Shown here: positions 27,588 through 43,701 of the stretch, in pieces
How positions within the stretch are numbered: position 1 is the first letter of the stretch
Layout of the letters: the number at the start of each line of letters is the position of its first letter
From: Auanema rhodensis
Taxonomy: Eukaryota; Animalia; Nematoda
Direction of reading: 5' to 3'
Assembly: GCA_964057225.1 (NCBI GenBank)
Contig: OZ059894.1
Coordinates: 16,492,001 to 16,556,000 of the forward strand
DNA: 64,000 nucleotides
Position numbers and translations under genes: made by a program
Notes under the pieces: model-generated
What the model was told of the DNA's origin: nothing
Seen by the model: only the letters and a program-made list of their open reading frames with translations
The model's database searches: none

Positions 27588-28461
27588 TCCAAAGTATATT
27601 TGTTTGTAACTACTTGTGAGATATCAGCAATCTTCTTATACAGCTGTTTCCAAAGTAAATATTACCTAAGAATTAAAAACGGTTAAAACTGCTATTGAAT
27701 AAAGGCATGAATGAAGAAGTAAGAAGAGGAGAATGATTGTAATCGTTTTAATGATTGCTAACTCAATACCAATACTATTCATGTAGGTGTGTTAGAATTT
27801 AATGTGTACATGCACATGTGCATAACAGACATACTCACCATACTCTTTGGCATGAATCATTCAAATCATTTTTGAAAGGTTACAGTGAAAGCTAAATATT
27901 CAGGCCATTTCATTAGAAAGAAATTTCAAATTAAAATTATTTAATCTGTAAACTGAGAAAAATATAACATGTGGGAGATTCTGAATGAAAATAACATTTT
28001 GCTCTCATTGAAGAACTTAGACAAAGAAAGAAAAAAAGGTGAATGCAAATGATACATTATCGAGAGCTGTGAAAATGATAAAAAGAAAAAGATGAAAGCA
28101 GGAATAATCAACATTGACCTCAATACTTTCGTGATGTTAGGTCAGTCGAGGCTGGGTACTTTCGTAGCTAGGGATAGACTGATATGTTATCAATTCTTGC
28201 ATAGTTAAACAAATAGCATAATTAAGACTATGAGAAATAAAAATTACAAATTTGAATATGTTTTATTGGAGATGCATTAATATATAGATTTTGGACTACT
28301 TACACTACCGGACCAGTCTGGTTTTGAAGCGTAATTCTCCCATCGCTTCCACCTTATCAGTTTGTCCAGAGGCTACACGTTCTTACGATACACAAATTGC
28401 CGTCAATTGATATCAATCTCATATTTGGACAATGTTTGCACCCTTTCAATACTATCTTTCA

Positions 28462-28466
<5 letters not shown>

Positions 28467-28498
<32 letters not shown>
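28467..28498 (+). repeat. (TC)16 microsatellite between the divergent cytochrome b561 and prx-6 genes
   Basis: Uninterrupted TC run seen directly. Confidence 0.95.
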
Positions 28499-28502
<4 letters not shown>

Positions 28503-28679
28503 TACCCTCTGTCTATCTTTATGTGTCGCTACAACCTTTATTTGCTCCACCCCATTTGTTTTTTTTTGGAAAATGTTGATGATAATGGCTAAAAACAGAT
28601 GATCCTCAGCACTAATTACTGATTTATGCTTTATGAAATACAATGTTGATTGAACTCATTTTTTACATTATAGGAGGAC

Positions 28680-31713
<3,034 letters not shown>

Positions 31714-31817
31714 AATCAAAAATTATTTATAATATAGATATTAAGTTTTAAGAATAAGATGAATTATCAAAAATAAAGCAAACACCGAAATCTTATAATA
31801 TATATTAATAAATACAG

Positions 31818-32705
31818 TTACGGATTCCCTTTCGTCAAATTAGTATTGCCTTTGCGATCTCTGCCAGAAACTTGATATATAGCTAGAATGAATTGTTAAA
31901 CGAATTGTGGGATACACAAACCTTGAATAATTCGAGCATGCTTTTCTGATGCATCCAGATGGGAAGAGGACTCGTGGATTTGTGTATCTTCAAGATCAAA
32001 AAAGGATTGTGTAGATTCAACGGAAAGACTAGTTGTCTGAATTTCATATATTGAAATAGTATTACGGTTAGCATTAACCTCTTCTGATGAATCATCGGAA
32101 GATGATTCTTTAGAGTCTTTAGAGTCTTTTGATTCTTTTGAATCTTTCAAGGAACTCAACTCTGTAGAATTCGCTGTTTTTTTTTCGTCTCTCTCCTCTT
32201 TCACGTCTTTCTGATCTTTTGAATCCTTTGGCTTTTCAACTTTATCAAAATCATGAGGAGCGGGAACTTCTTCAGCTTTTGGCGAGTTCATAACAAGAGA
32301 ATTTCTTTGATGAATATCTCTTTGTGCCACTAAGTCTGTAAACAAAGTTGAGTCAAAAAGGTGTTCCGATCTTACCTCCATATGCTGATCTATTGCCAAT
32401 GTCAGTCCAACAAGCAACGAAGGTTGTAAATGTTAACCCTATAGCAAATGATATGCCCAATCCAAGCGCCCATGGACTACAATATTAAATATTTCATTAG
32501 TTTGTCTGGAAAATCTTTACCTAAAAAAACCCCAGATCAGTTTCCCATCATCTAAATAAGCAGCTGGAGGTATAGCTTCTGTATCATTAAAAAGAACTTG
32601 ACTGTGAACAGAAGTTGTCAATATGAATAAGAGAAATATCTAAACAAGATTATATAAAACAATAATTATTAATATTTATTTAAACATTGCTGTAAAATTA
32701 ACCAT
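31818..32705 (-). CDS. Orphan single-pass membrane protein with K/D/E/S-rich tail
   Basis: Signal peptide, TM segment (ALGLGISFAIGLTFTTFVAC) and a tail with KDS/KES repeats. Five exons in consistent phase. Confidence 0.7.
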
Positions 32706-33142
32706 CTTTGACAGGCCGCTTCAAATACAAAATTGATCAAAAATAAAGCTAAAGAGTGAAGCATCCTTTGTCATCCTGATATTAATTGTAATTAAGAATT
32801 AGCATATGAGATCTTAAACCGTATTCTAATTTATTTTTTAAATTTTCATATTAAATTAGACATTAAAAAAAAATTGTTTTATCTTTTGAAACATATATGT
32901 TTTTTTTTTGGAAAAAAATTATTTTTTTTTCGGAATTGCAATAAAACTGAATACTTATCAATTAATTAAAATATATTTTTTTGGATATAAAAGCTCTGAG
33001 AGACATTAACTTAAAAGCTTATTGGTATTAATGTTTCGATTACCTTTCTTTATTTTCCTCTAATTCCAAAAATTACGTGATTTTCACTTATTATTTTGTA
33101 AGCGTTAAGCTTTGAAAGCGGCTGTTTTCTTTGCCTCTGAAA

Positions 33143-34460
33143 ATGAGCAATGAAGCGCTGAAGCTGCATCCAGGACAATCAGTAGGCTATATTTTAATAA
33201 TCTCCCAAATAGAAATACTTAAATATACAATTTGCATCTTCTTATTATTAATAGGTGGAACGATGGATGATTGACAAAAAGTTAGGTGAAGGTGCCTTCG
33301 GCGCTGTATATCAGGTCAGAGATCCCACTGGCTCTTACGCTCTAAAAATTGAAAGTGCTCATGCTAAGTACCAGGTTATTAAACCAAAATTCTTTTCAAT
33401 GTAATAAGAAAAACTTAGACTTTAAAAATGGAAGTGCACGTTTTAACAGAATTGACAAGCAAAAATAGGCATTTCGTCAGGTATTATATTAATTATCGCT
33501 TATGTGGCAACTGAACTTTCAAGAATATTGGATAGAGGACGCTTTGGTGCATTTAATTATGTAGTTATGACCCTTGTTGGTAAATCGTTACACGATTTGA
33601 GGTAACAATCTCTTTATTGCTATCATCGAATATATTTTACATCATCAAGAAAAGAAACGACTTCTCAACATTTTTCTTTGCCTTGTGCCATTGGAGTAGG
33701 AATTCAAACATTGGAAGCTGTTCAGGATTTGCATGAGATAGGGTATTTACACAGGGATTTGAAACCTGCAAATTATTCCATCGGTCGCGTTGAGATTGGG
33801 GAACTGCGAAAAATATATATTCTTGATTTTGGAATGTGTCGAAAATTCATAAGTGATGATGTACCATATTTCAAAAGATCTGAACATAGAAAAACTGTTT
33901 GAGGGAGTTATTAGAAGACCCCGGGCCCAGGCAGGATTTCGAGGCACTGCACGATATGCTTCTCTCGCATGCCATTTGAACCAAGATTTGTCCAGGTCTT
34001 GAATTTTTTATATTACAAAACAGCAAGTATTTATAGAAAGGATGATGTTGAAAACTGGCTGTATATGCAAATTGAAATGACGATAGGTAGATTACCTTGG
34101 AAAAATGTGAATGATATCGGTCAAGTCTGTTTATATAAAGAATTTACTGTTCAACATCAAGTTTATAGATTGGAGAATATAAAAAAAGATGTCGACATTT
34201 GCCAGGAATAAATGAGCTATTTCCCTCGAATTGTCCCCAGGAATACAGGTGTCAAAAACTTTAGCATCAGAATTTACACTAGATTACAGAACCATGATGC
34301 ACTTGCTGGACGAAACGGATTATTATGCTACGCCACCATATCAAGCAATATTTCAAGTGAGACTCTGGATACTTTCAATTATAATTATTATTTACAGATG
34401 CTACGTAACATATTGGCTCGAACAGGCAGATCAGAATTTCCTTATGATTGGGAACGATGA
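33143..34460 (+). CDS. Tau-tubulin kinase / CK1-like Ser/Thr kinase (nematode-expanded group)
   Basis: LGEGAFGAVY, YALKIE, LHRDLKPANY, ILDFGMCR, FRGTARYASL, RKDDVENWLY and YDWE. Confidence 0.92.
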
Positions 34461-34726
34461 AAAAAAATAATTGTTTATATGAATATTATATCTCCAAAAC
34501 AACCGTACGCGAATCAAATTATATTGTTATTATAAAAACAGTATATCACAATGAGAACTTATCACCATAAACATTAGGACCCAAAACATCTGAAGCTTGA
34601 AGGAATATTAGGGACTTAAGGCTCAAAAAAATAAATAAGGAATGTATTATTCAAGAGCTGATTACTCTCTTTGGTTATTTCCCGTAACTATATGACTGAA
34701 GCAAGGACTTGTTAAACATCAAATTC

Positions 34727-37700
34727 CTATTTTCCAAATATGACTTCATTTAAAGACTCTATTTCCATATCTTTGCAGCATTCCATAGCTCGAACACTGT
34801 TCGTATAGTATTGATAATCTTGACTGACAAACCTGAAAAATGAAAATTGCTATTAACAAAGTTTAAGTTTGCCACACCCGTATGTTAATGTATCATGAGG
34901 TGTTATTCCTAATTTCGCAATTTGTTGTTTGACATGAATTTTGAAGTAACCATGGACTGTCTCGAACAAATTCTAAATGATAAAAATATACTATTAAAGA
35001 ACAAATTAACTTTTAACCTTTATCTGATCACTTGGCATAACACCATGCATTCCATTATGGAACTTTTGAAGTTGTTTGCAAATTTGTTGAAAAGCTATTG
35101 AGGGTAAGCCACCTTTTACTTCCCACTTAAAAAACACAACTGAAGAACTAGAAAGGTAAATTACCGTATTGAGGAAATTCGATATATGATGGTCAATTAC
35201 ACTTGCCAATTTAGTTGAAATTTCATTAATATGATCTTTATAGTCCGTTTGAACCTCAAAGATTCAATTATTAATACGCCTAAATAAAAAAATTACTTGT
35301 TTGAAGTGACGCAGTCTGTGTTTTTGGTCTTCCTTTAAATTCGAATCAAGTTCTGAGACAACAATTGGAACAAAGTACAATACAAATTGAAGAGAACGAG
35401 ATGTTAAGGCTTCAAATAAAGAACAATTTAGTAAACATTACAAAATTTGAATTCACCCAAATTTCGAACAGAAATCGTCCGCAAACCAACTAAATGTAGG
35501 GCCCCAGTTCCCAATATAAGTTGGCAGCAACGACTAAATCTTGAAACTGAAGCAGATAAATTATAAATTGGTACCTATTGAAGCATTTTAAAAGTTCGAT
35601 AATTCGAGATAAAATATCATCAGAAAACGAAGGTAATGAAGCTACACACTCTGCATAATCGGCAAGAATACGGATGAACATCAAAGCAGATCTTAAAACC
35701 CAATAATAAAATGAAATCCAAATGAAAATACAATAATAAAATAATAATTAAATATTTACCCTACTACTACATATTCTTCATTATTTACAACTATAGAACT
35801 AGCAGGATTGCCTTTCTCAGATACTTGGACATTTCTCAGTAAATTCTGTAAGATTGAAAAAATGAAGAAATCTGAAGAAATAAAATTAATACCGTTTTAA
35901 AACAATTGTCAACAATTTCTTGGAAAACGGTAGGCACATCAGCAGCTTTCCAAAGTTCCATATCTAATACTTCCCTAGAACAAGAGGAATAGTTAAAGAT
36001 AATTCCCTTTTCCAAATACCCAATTTTTGTACGTCTTTGATTGTGGAATTTGTCGATATATTCAAGGGAAAGTTTTTGAATACAAAGTGACAATGGGCTG
36101 GCAGGAATGCTCTTAAAAAAATAAATTTTTCCAAATGAAAATATTTCTTACTTGAACTTTATGCCATCCTTGTCCACTACATTTCGTTTGGAAGTTACGA
36201 ACATTTGCAATAACGTCCGCCAGTTGTGTTGGTGTTGTCGAATCATTAACAACATCTTTCATTCGGGCTTGTAAAAGTCGGCATATCCGTTGTTGTGAAC
36301 AATGATAACCATACTCAGCAATTAATGAAATAGATCTTTTCAAGTGAAATATCGAGTGGATTTCCACAGCAATAAGAGCTGAAGGGTCATTCGACGGCCC
36401 ACCAGCCGTATGTATATTCCGAGTTGTTGAATCCTCCTGAGATTTAAGAAAGTTTTAATTGAACGGAAGATTTTAACTTACTCCAAGTTCACTAACCAAA
36501 CTGGACTCTCCAACAATTATTTGACCATTGGTAGAAGTTCTTGCATTAGGTTCATTATTATCATTTGAAATTTTTTCCGACAGTTCCATCATTGTATCTT
36601 GTATTATCTGGATTTCCCATTATTTATTATTAAAACTTATTTTTATAGTACTTGTAATCGTTCGCAAAAACTGTAGAGAGCAGCCATAACGTTTTCAGTT
36701 GTATGAAGAAAATCCGAATACCCTAGCTTTCTAACGGGATCGCCTAGCTGACTGAAAACAATTTCATTGTTCTTGGAAAGTTCAAACATTTGACAACCTT
36801 AATGATGGGTCAAACTCTGTTAAATCCATTCCACTATCAACAACAATTTGCTTAACAACCTGAAAAATATTGTAAAACCCCGTAGTGTTGAATTTGTCTT
36901 ACTAAACGCATGATGCCTTTAACGGCCTCTGCAATTTCAGTTCTCAACACATGAATAAATGAATATTTCCTAACTTGCATGAGTCCTAAAGTTATCGATG
37001 ACAGTTCTCCCTATAATTTTAATGTTAAAAAGCTTTAGAAGATAATATAACCTCATATATAATATGTGTGCCTTCTTCTGGTTTGCCTGCAAACTCTTTT
37101 TGTATAACTTGGGCAAAATCTTCATGCATCATCTTTCCAATAACTCCATAAAGCTCATGAAGTTGAGAAGCAAGGTGTCTTAAAATGTGTAAATATGATT
37201 ATCCATATATACAAAAGCTAAACCTAAAGCATTGAACCCCACTCAGCTCTGATTCTAGAACTTCTAAACTTGTTTCTATGCAATCTATGGCTTTTGGGTA
37301 GTCTGACTGATTTAACATCATTTGAACAGTTGCTTGTGCTTGCCTTAAGCAAGATATATCCTAAAAACAAAATATTCTATACTTCGCTCAAGATATTATA
37401 TTTACCTGAAGTCTCGATAGCATTTTTTGTTTTTGCTCTCGCTTTTCATAGAGTTTCATTATTTTACGGGTTCGCTCACATATCAGCTCAGAAACCGACT
37501 TGAGATTATTTCTATTTTGAAAAAAAATTAATACATGCTTAAAACTTCCAATGATACCTAACAGCTCTAATATCTGACATTGCCATTGTTAGATCTTCAT
37601 GCAAACCTCCATAACTGTGTACCATCTTCCAAAATTCAGATGATTTCGAAACTAATTTTAATGCTAGCCGAGAATCCACAACATCATGCATGGCTTCCAA

Positions 37701-40700
37701 ACGAGAGTTTAACTGATCATAATCACGAAAACATCCCGGCTATAAAAATTGACAGTCAATAACCTCCTAAGCACCTAAAAAAAACCTTTTGTTCCGTTCT
37801 ATCTGGTAGAACCACAGCTAATTTTCCACTTGTTGTGACAGTTAGTGGATCTTTTGTCTCCTTTTGAGGGTAAGTGAAAATGTCCGAGAATGTTAGCCCA
37901 TGGGATAAAATAAAAGAAGGATCAACAAAAATCTGTAAAGAAGGAACATTTTTCAAAACTGAACACAACAACTGAACCTAAATGGTTCAAATATTTTGAA
38001 ATCAGAGAAGAGATAAGCAAAAGACAATAAACAAGCAACCACAAGGACATTAAACTTGCTTGAAGGCTTTAGCCAATATATACTAAACAACACAACAACA
38101 GGTGCTCAGTTCTTTCTTATACTAGCTAGTAGCTGATCGGACCTGGATTTTTCTCTACTATTTTATTATTGCTACCTATGAAGAACATTTTATGAATTTT
38201 CTAATGATTCTCAAATGTTGCAAATTATACTACAGGACCAACAACAACAGCAGCGAAATCGTGAAAAACGGTTAGTTTTAAACTTTTTTTTTTGTCTTCT
38301 TGTAGATGTAAAGTATTTGAAAAAATTAAAAAGGTCACTCACAGAAGGCAGGTCATCGACATCAGCTTTGTCTTCAGTGGCAGTCTGATGTCGAAGTAAA
38401 GCTTTTTTGGCTGCTTGATATTTCTTATAAGTCTAAGCAATTAAATTAAAATGCGAAAAATGCATTGAATAAACCTTTCCTGTACTTTTTATATAAGAGG
38501 TGAACTGTTGGGTGGTAACGGGGGGAATCAACCGTGATGGAGGAACAGAAGATGGAGATACAAATGAATCACCCCAATGTCGGGTAAAAAAGGTAGTAAC
38601 TTCGCTTCGTTTTCGGCTAGGATCCGAAAGAACAGCTGATAGGTTCTGAGTGAAGCTGAAAACAATTGATTATTGAATGTTTGATTGTTTGAATATATAT
38701 GTATATGATATAATTGAAAGTTTTGTCCATATTTTATTTCTGACTTTAAGATTTTCATAGAAAACTATTCAATGGTCAGAATTGAAATTTTTTCAAAGGA
38801 TAATGCATTTAAGAGATACTATCACATTTACGAGAAAACTACGCAAACATCACATTTTATCATTAGGCATTGTCCACCGCTGATATTAGAAGAAAGCGCA
38901 TGCCCTTGGTAATACCCTATTTCCGACTGAAGTTCTCATATATTTACCTGATCCCTTACAGTTCATTCTAAAGCGGATGTTCCCAGAAGGTTAACCCATG
39001 TATGAAGTTTCCGTAACATTTAAAATATAATGAGTACTTTCATTTTTGTAAATATTACAATTGTAAGAAATTGAGTAATATATAGATCAGGAAAACAGGA
39101 AATTGAAAATGACTGTCTTGTCAAATGTTTCCAATTACTTAGTAGCTCATCATCAAGTTCCTCGAGTGTTAATACTGTTGATCAGCATGTCAATTGGCTC
39201 TTGTAGATTACAATAACTAAATCATTAGATTGAAGACACAAATTTGACAAAAACATTAACGTCAAAAGTGTTTGGGCAGCGGAACAGGTTCTACTCTACA
39301 GCATTGGCCCTTATGTCTTCTCATTTTGTCTTACAGACTTATTGCGGTCGAGAGTTGAATGCCATTTAAGACAAGAATAGAGAAAAAGCAAGAAAATGAG
39401 AGAAATATACAGACTAGGGGGAAGTAAAAGAAAGAAAGAAAGAACAAAAGAGAGAGAGATAAGTAAGAAATACTGGAGGAGAAACTAGGAAGGTAGAGGA
39501 ATTGAAAAAGGTTAGAGGGCGTCCCTTCGAACAGTCAAACTACTGAGACAAAGGTAGATTCTTTTTTTTTGATAGTTGAAACAGGTACATGGGATGGCGG
39601 TTGGCCATTCTGTCAAAGTCGCTCATGGTAGTCACATTATCAATCTTCAGCGGTCAGAGCTACCGCCTTTTTACAGTTACTTCTACGCTAACCTAAGATT
39701 GTCATTTTTATGCTTCTTTTTGATGTCGAATTTAAATTCTTTTCTATTCCTATGTACATGTGCTATTAACATATAACAAGTTTGATTACAAGTGAATTTT
39801 TCTAATTGCAAATAAGAATAACAACCAAAACATGCTCGAGGCATTAAAGTCATTTTTGCGCTTGTTAGAACTCATAACTATCAACCCTACATCAAGGAGT
39901 TGACCGTTTTTCATCGCTCTGTTTTATTTTCTGAATCAAAACTCCTTCATATTACAGATATCGCCCGCTGATGTCAAGAGGAGCTGATAAAGAAGACTCT
40001 CCTGAAAGTTCTTCTTTTAAAGAAGCCTGTTTCGGAGAAAAAGCCAGAAAATGGGCATTCTTCTTTATCATTGCTTTACTCGCCATCTTGACTATTAAGG
40101 ATGTCATTGAGCTCGTAAGTTCTGATTTTTAATTTTCCTTTCTTACTTGTTCGCCAAATATTCCAACATTATTATTGGATCAATTAGAAGAAACCGTGAC
40201 CAATTATGCTGGGCCTTGATTGTAAAACCACGCAACCTCACTTTTTTCATTTATTAGAAAAAAACGCTCTTCAGGTTGCTGAATATTGTGAAAATCCAAA
40301 AGAATCAGACATCAATATAGTGTTCAATGAATCAATGAGCATGCCAAATATTACCTTCTGTATGTCTAGAAATCAAGCATGGAGTCATTTTAAAATCAAT
40401 GCTAGTGCTCCTGCTGATGAATGGGACATGATTGTAGACGTAAGCTCATAAAATTACATATGAAAAATTTACAGTTCAACATTCTAGGAAGCGTTTTCGA
40501 ACATGACTGATCATGATTCTTTCTTAACCTCGCTATGGGACTATCGCTTGGTAATGGAAGCCTATGATATGATTGCTACATACAACAGTATGGAACGAGA
40601 AACTACAGGTCATGGATCTGCCAGATCTATTGACGCGTTCCGTTCATTACCCAGACTTGCAGCTAAAAGAGCAACATTCAAGGTTAAAGATGAAAAAATG

Positions 40701-43280
40701 TTTAGACAAATACTTTCAATTTTTAGAAGTGGCATAACATTTTGGAAACTCGTAAAGTATCTTTTGCCGAGTTCACGCAAAAAACAGGATCAGAAGTTCT
40801 TCGCCGATCGATGCAGCGTTTCGAAAGACAAACATTTGATCAAGACTTAGTTATCAAAACTAGTTTGAGAACATCATGGATCTCTAATATGCAAATCTGT
40901 TATCAACCATTATTCCATGAGGAATATGCTATTAATGATCAAGTTAGCTTGAAGCAGAAGTACCAAGGTTTAATTTGGACGGTTTAGGGTAATTTCTTCA
41001 CAATGCTTCTCTCCCACAATCAAGAAAATCTTGATGGAGTAGCTTTGGAATGTATGAGTGTTGATTTCCATGGTCGCCCATCTTCTCTTAACAGATTTAT
41101 GGAAGGTAAAGGACGTGCTAAGGACGGTTTCACATCTGAGGTCAGTGTTACTGATGTGTACCTATTTTTCACTAATTTTCTTTAAGCTTTGTGCCGGACA
41201 AAGACACGAAGTAACAGTTGAAGTAAGAGCCCTTTACGATATGCTTGAGAACGACGAAGAAGGAACAGCTTGTAAAGATCAAGAAGAAGGTGAAGATACA
41301 GAATTCGATTGTCGTTCCAGATGCAGAATGGAAATGATAAGAGTATGTTTCCGAAATGGTAAAATTGACTGAATTACTATCTAATTTAGGGAATGTGTAA
41401 CTGCACGGCCCATTCTCTTAGTTATTTAGCTGACGACTTAGATGATTTTCCCCTGTGTGACTATACTCAATGCGAAGTAGAGTATGTTTTAATTGAATAG
41501 ATAAAAAACACTTAGTTGCTTTTCAATATTACAGTGTTCAAAGAGGAAACTATTCCGATTCTGAATGTTCCAACAAATGTCTTCGCGATTGTCATCAGAT
41601 ACGTTTTGATATTGACCACGAAGTTCAAGGAAAGATGGTTAGATCTGGTATGCTTCTTGATTTTTAAACTTAAAAAGACCACCAAACAAGAACGTAGCCA
41701 AATGGACGTTAATTAAGAAAAAAACAAAATGCATGTCTCGTTATTGATATATCTTCAATATTTCTATGACTGACAAAACTTCCAAAACACCTGTTCACAA
41801 CTACGAAGCAAAAGCAAAATTGAAATTGAAATCAAGCCGAGAATAAAAAAATAATAAATAAAAATTTCTTAGATGAAAACTGCAATTAGCCACTGTCTGA
41901 AGCAGAATAAAACAAATCATATATTTACTCTGTTGATTTCAGATTTAACGCTTATTAATTTGAATTGGGGATCATTCGAGTATCTTTCAATGGAGCAGCA
42001 ATGGAAATATTCCGTAACAGCTTTTATTGCCGCACTAGGAGGATCTATTGGAATGTGGCTCGGACTTTCAATTCTTTCTCTAATTCAGGTTTAAGGCTTT
42101 ATGACTATTTTAAACAAGGCGTAAATTTACAGGGAGGTACCTATTTGTACACATGGTGTACAAGAAAAGTGGTTAAGGAGAAGATTCTTAAAAAGCACAG
42201 CGCAACAGGTGGAGGGAAGAGACGTGATAGCAAGGTAAAACAGTTGACACATGACCAACGGGAAATAGTTTTTTTCCAATCACTTACATCTTTCAACTTC
42301 CTTTCTTTTAACGAAATTATCGACAACAATGTACACTGTCTTTCCTATCTTTCCATAGTACATTTCAGATATCAGATTCAAATCCGGATAGAAAAGTAAG
42401 CAAAATTTCCATAGCAGCCAATCCTTTTGAGAGTCCGTTCACACTTGATGATGAAAAAAACGGGCAAGGACATATCCATAAAGTAGGAACCCAAACTATT
42501 TAGTTATAGCTCTAACACAAGCTTTTCTTTTCATCTGTTCTATCTAGCTTTTAACCACATGATCACACAAAATTTTGAATTTTTTACACAGGAGAAAATA
42601 ATATAGGAAACAGTTAATAAATTTCAGGGCCAGGTGCCGCTTCCAGGATATAGTCGCGACCCAAATCCAACCAAAATTCAAGTCGACTAAAAAATCTCAT
42701 TTTCACACCATAGCCAACGTGTACATAATCATTCCCCTTTACACAGATTACTTTAATCAGAACCCAATATGTGATAATAAAGTGCCCAAAAAAATTAAAA
42801 TAAAGAATTTATTAAATAAAACCAACCTGTTAATTGTAAACACTTTATCCTCAGATACAGATGAAGATACTTGAGGAGGTTCAACTACAAAGCGTTAAAA
42901 TGTTTTCTTTTTTCAATTAATGGATATACCACAAGTATGAAATCGTCGTATGTGTGCTTCATAATCAACATCAGAAACACCTTCTAATGGTAGTTTTTGA
43001 CATACATTGTTTTCGCCGTATCTAAAAAAACTGTTAACATGAAGAAACAATTGATCATCTTCTCACCTGCATACAAAAGATCCACCTTCTTTAGTTGAAT
43101 GAACAACTCTTAAGTGACGGGCGAATTCAGCACCATCATAAAAATCAATCCTGGGAAAACAATAATCACATTCCCTGTAAAGAGACTAAAATTAACTAAA
43201 ACATTAGGTCATGCAAACCGAGGATATCCTGGATCTCGAGGAGGAAAAGAAAACCCTTTACTAGTAGATACTTTTGACAT
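34727..43280 (-). CDS. vps-54: GARP complex subunit VPS54; 4171-nt intron at 38656-42826
   Basis: N-terminal Cys/His domain (CDYC...HLRVVHSTKEGGSFVCRYG..VC.KLPLEGVSD.DY..H) splices in phase 2 to SFTQNLSAVLSDPSR..FFTRHWG. Later motifs: LDMELWKAADVP, LLKCFN..CQLILGTGALHLVGLRTISVRNLAL and WEVKGGLPSIAFQQICKQ. Confidence 0.9.
39958..42690 (+). CDS. del-6: DEG/ENaC family channel subunit, nested antisense in vps-54; possible extra first exon at 38215-38270
   Basis: TM1 WAFFFIIALLAILTI, post-M1 MPNITFC, Cys-rich thumb (CRSRCRMEMIRGMCNC...CDY..C...CSNKCLRDC) and TM2 FIAALGGSIGMWLGLSILSLIQ. The symbol is assigned from recalled linkage to vps-54 in C. elegans. Confidence 0.85.
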
Positions 43281-43701
43281 TATATAATTTATATTATGAG
43301 CATATTCAACCTAAAAGGTCTAAGAATGATAAGAGAAAAATAGCAAGTAGACACTTATTTGATAAGAGTAGCAAACAACACGTTTTTCTAAAACATCATA
43401 CAACTTCAAAAAAAGAAAACTTTTTCAAAAAAGGAGAAAATTACTTAAAAAAATAAAAAAATAAAAATGAAACACGCATGAACTCTAGATCATGCATGTA
43501 CACTTCAGCAATGTAAATTAAACAATGAACGTGGAACTGCGCCCCAGCTGCAGATTCATCATGCACTGCCTGCGCAATTCTTTTTTTTGAATATTTCTGA
43601 AATATTGCAGCTTAGACATTGAGATTGAAGCTACAAATTAACATTGAGCGTTATCCTTCATGATTAAATATTAAAATTAAGTGAAAGATTGAACTTTTAC
43701 A

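Noticed and set aside
39370-39520. Long purine-rich tract
   Set aside because: GA-rich low-complexity tracts are common in nematode regulatory regions, and no periodic structure is present.
42827-43280. Independent small zinc-finger gene
   Set aside because: It ends at a splice donor in the phase that joins the VPS54 body, and it matches the invertebrate VPS54 N-terminus.
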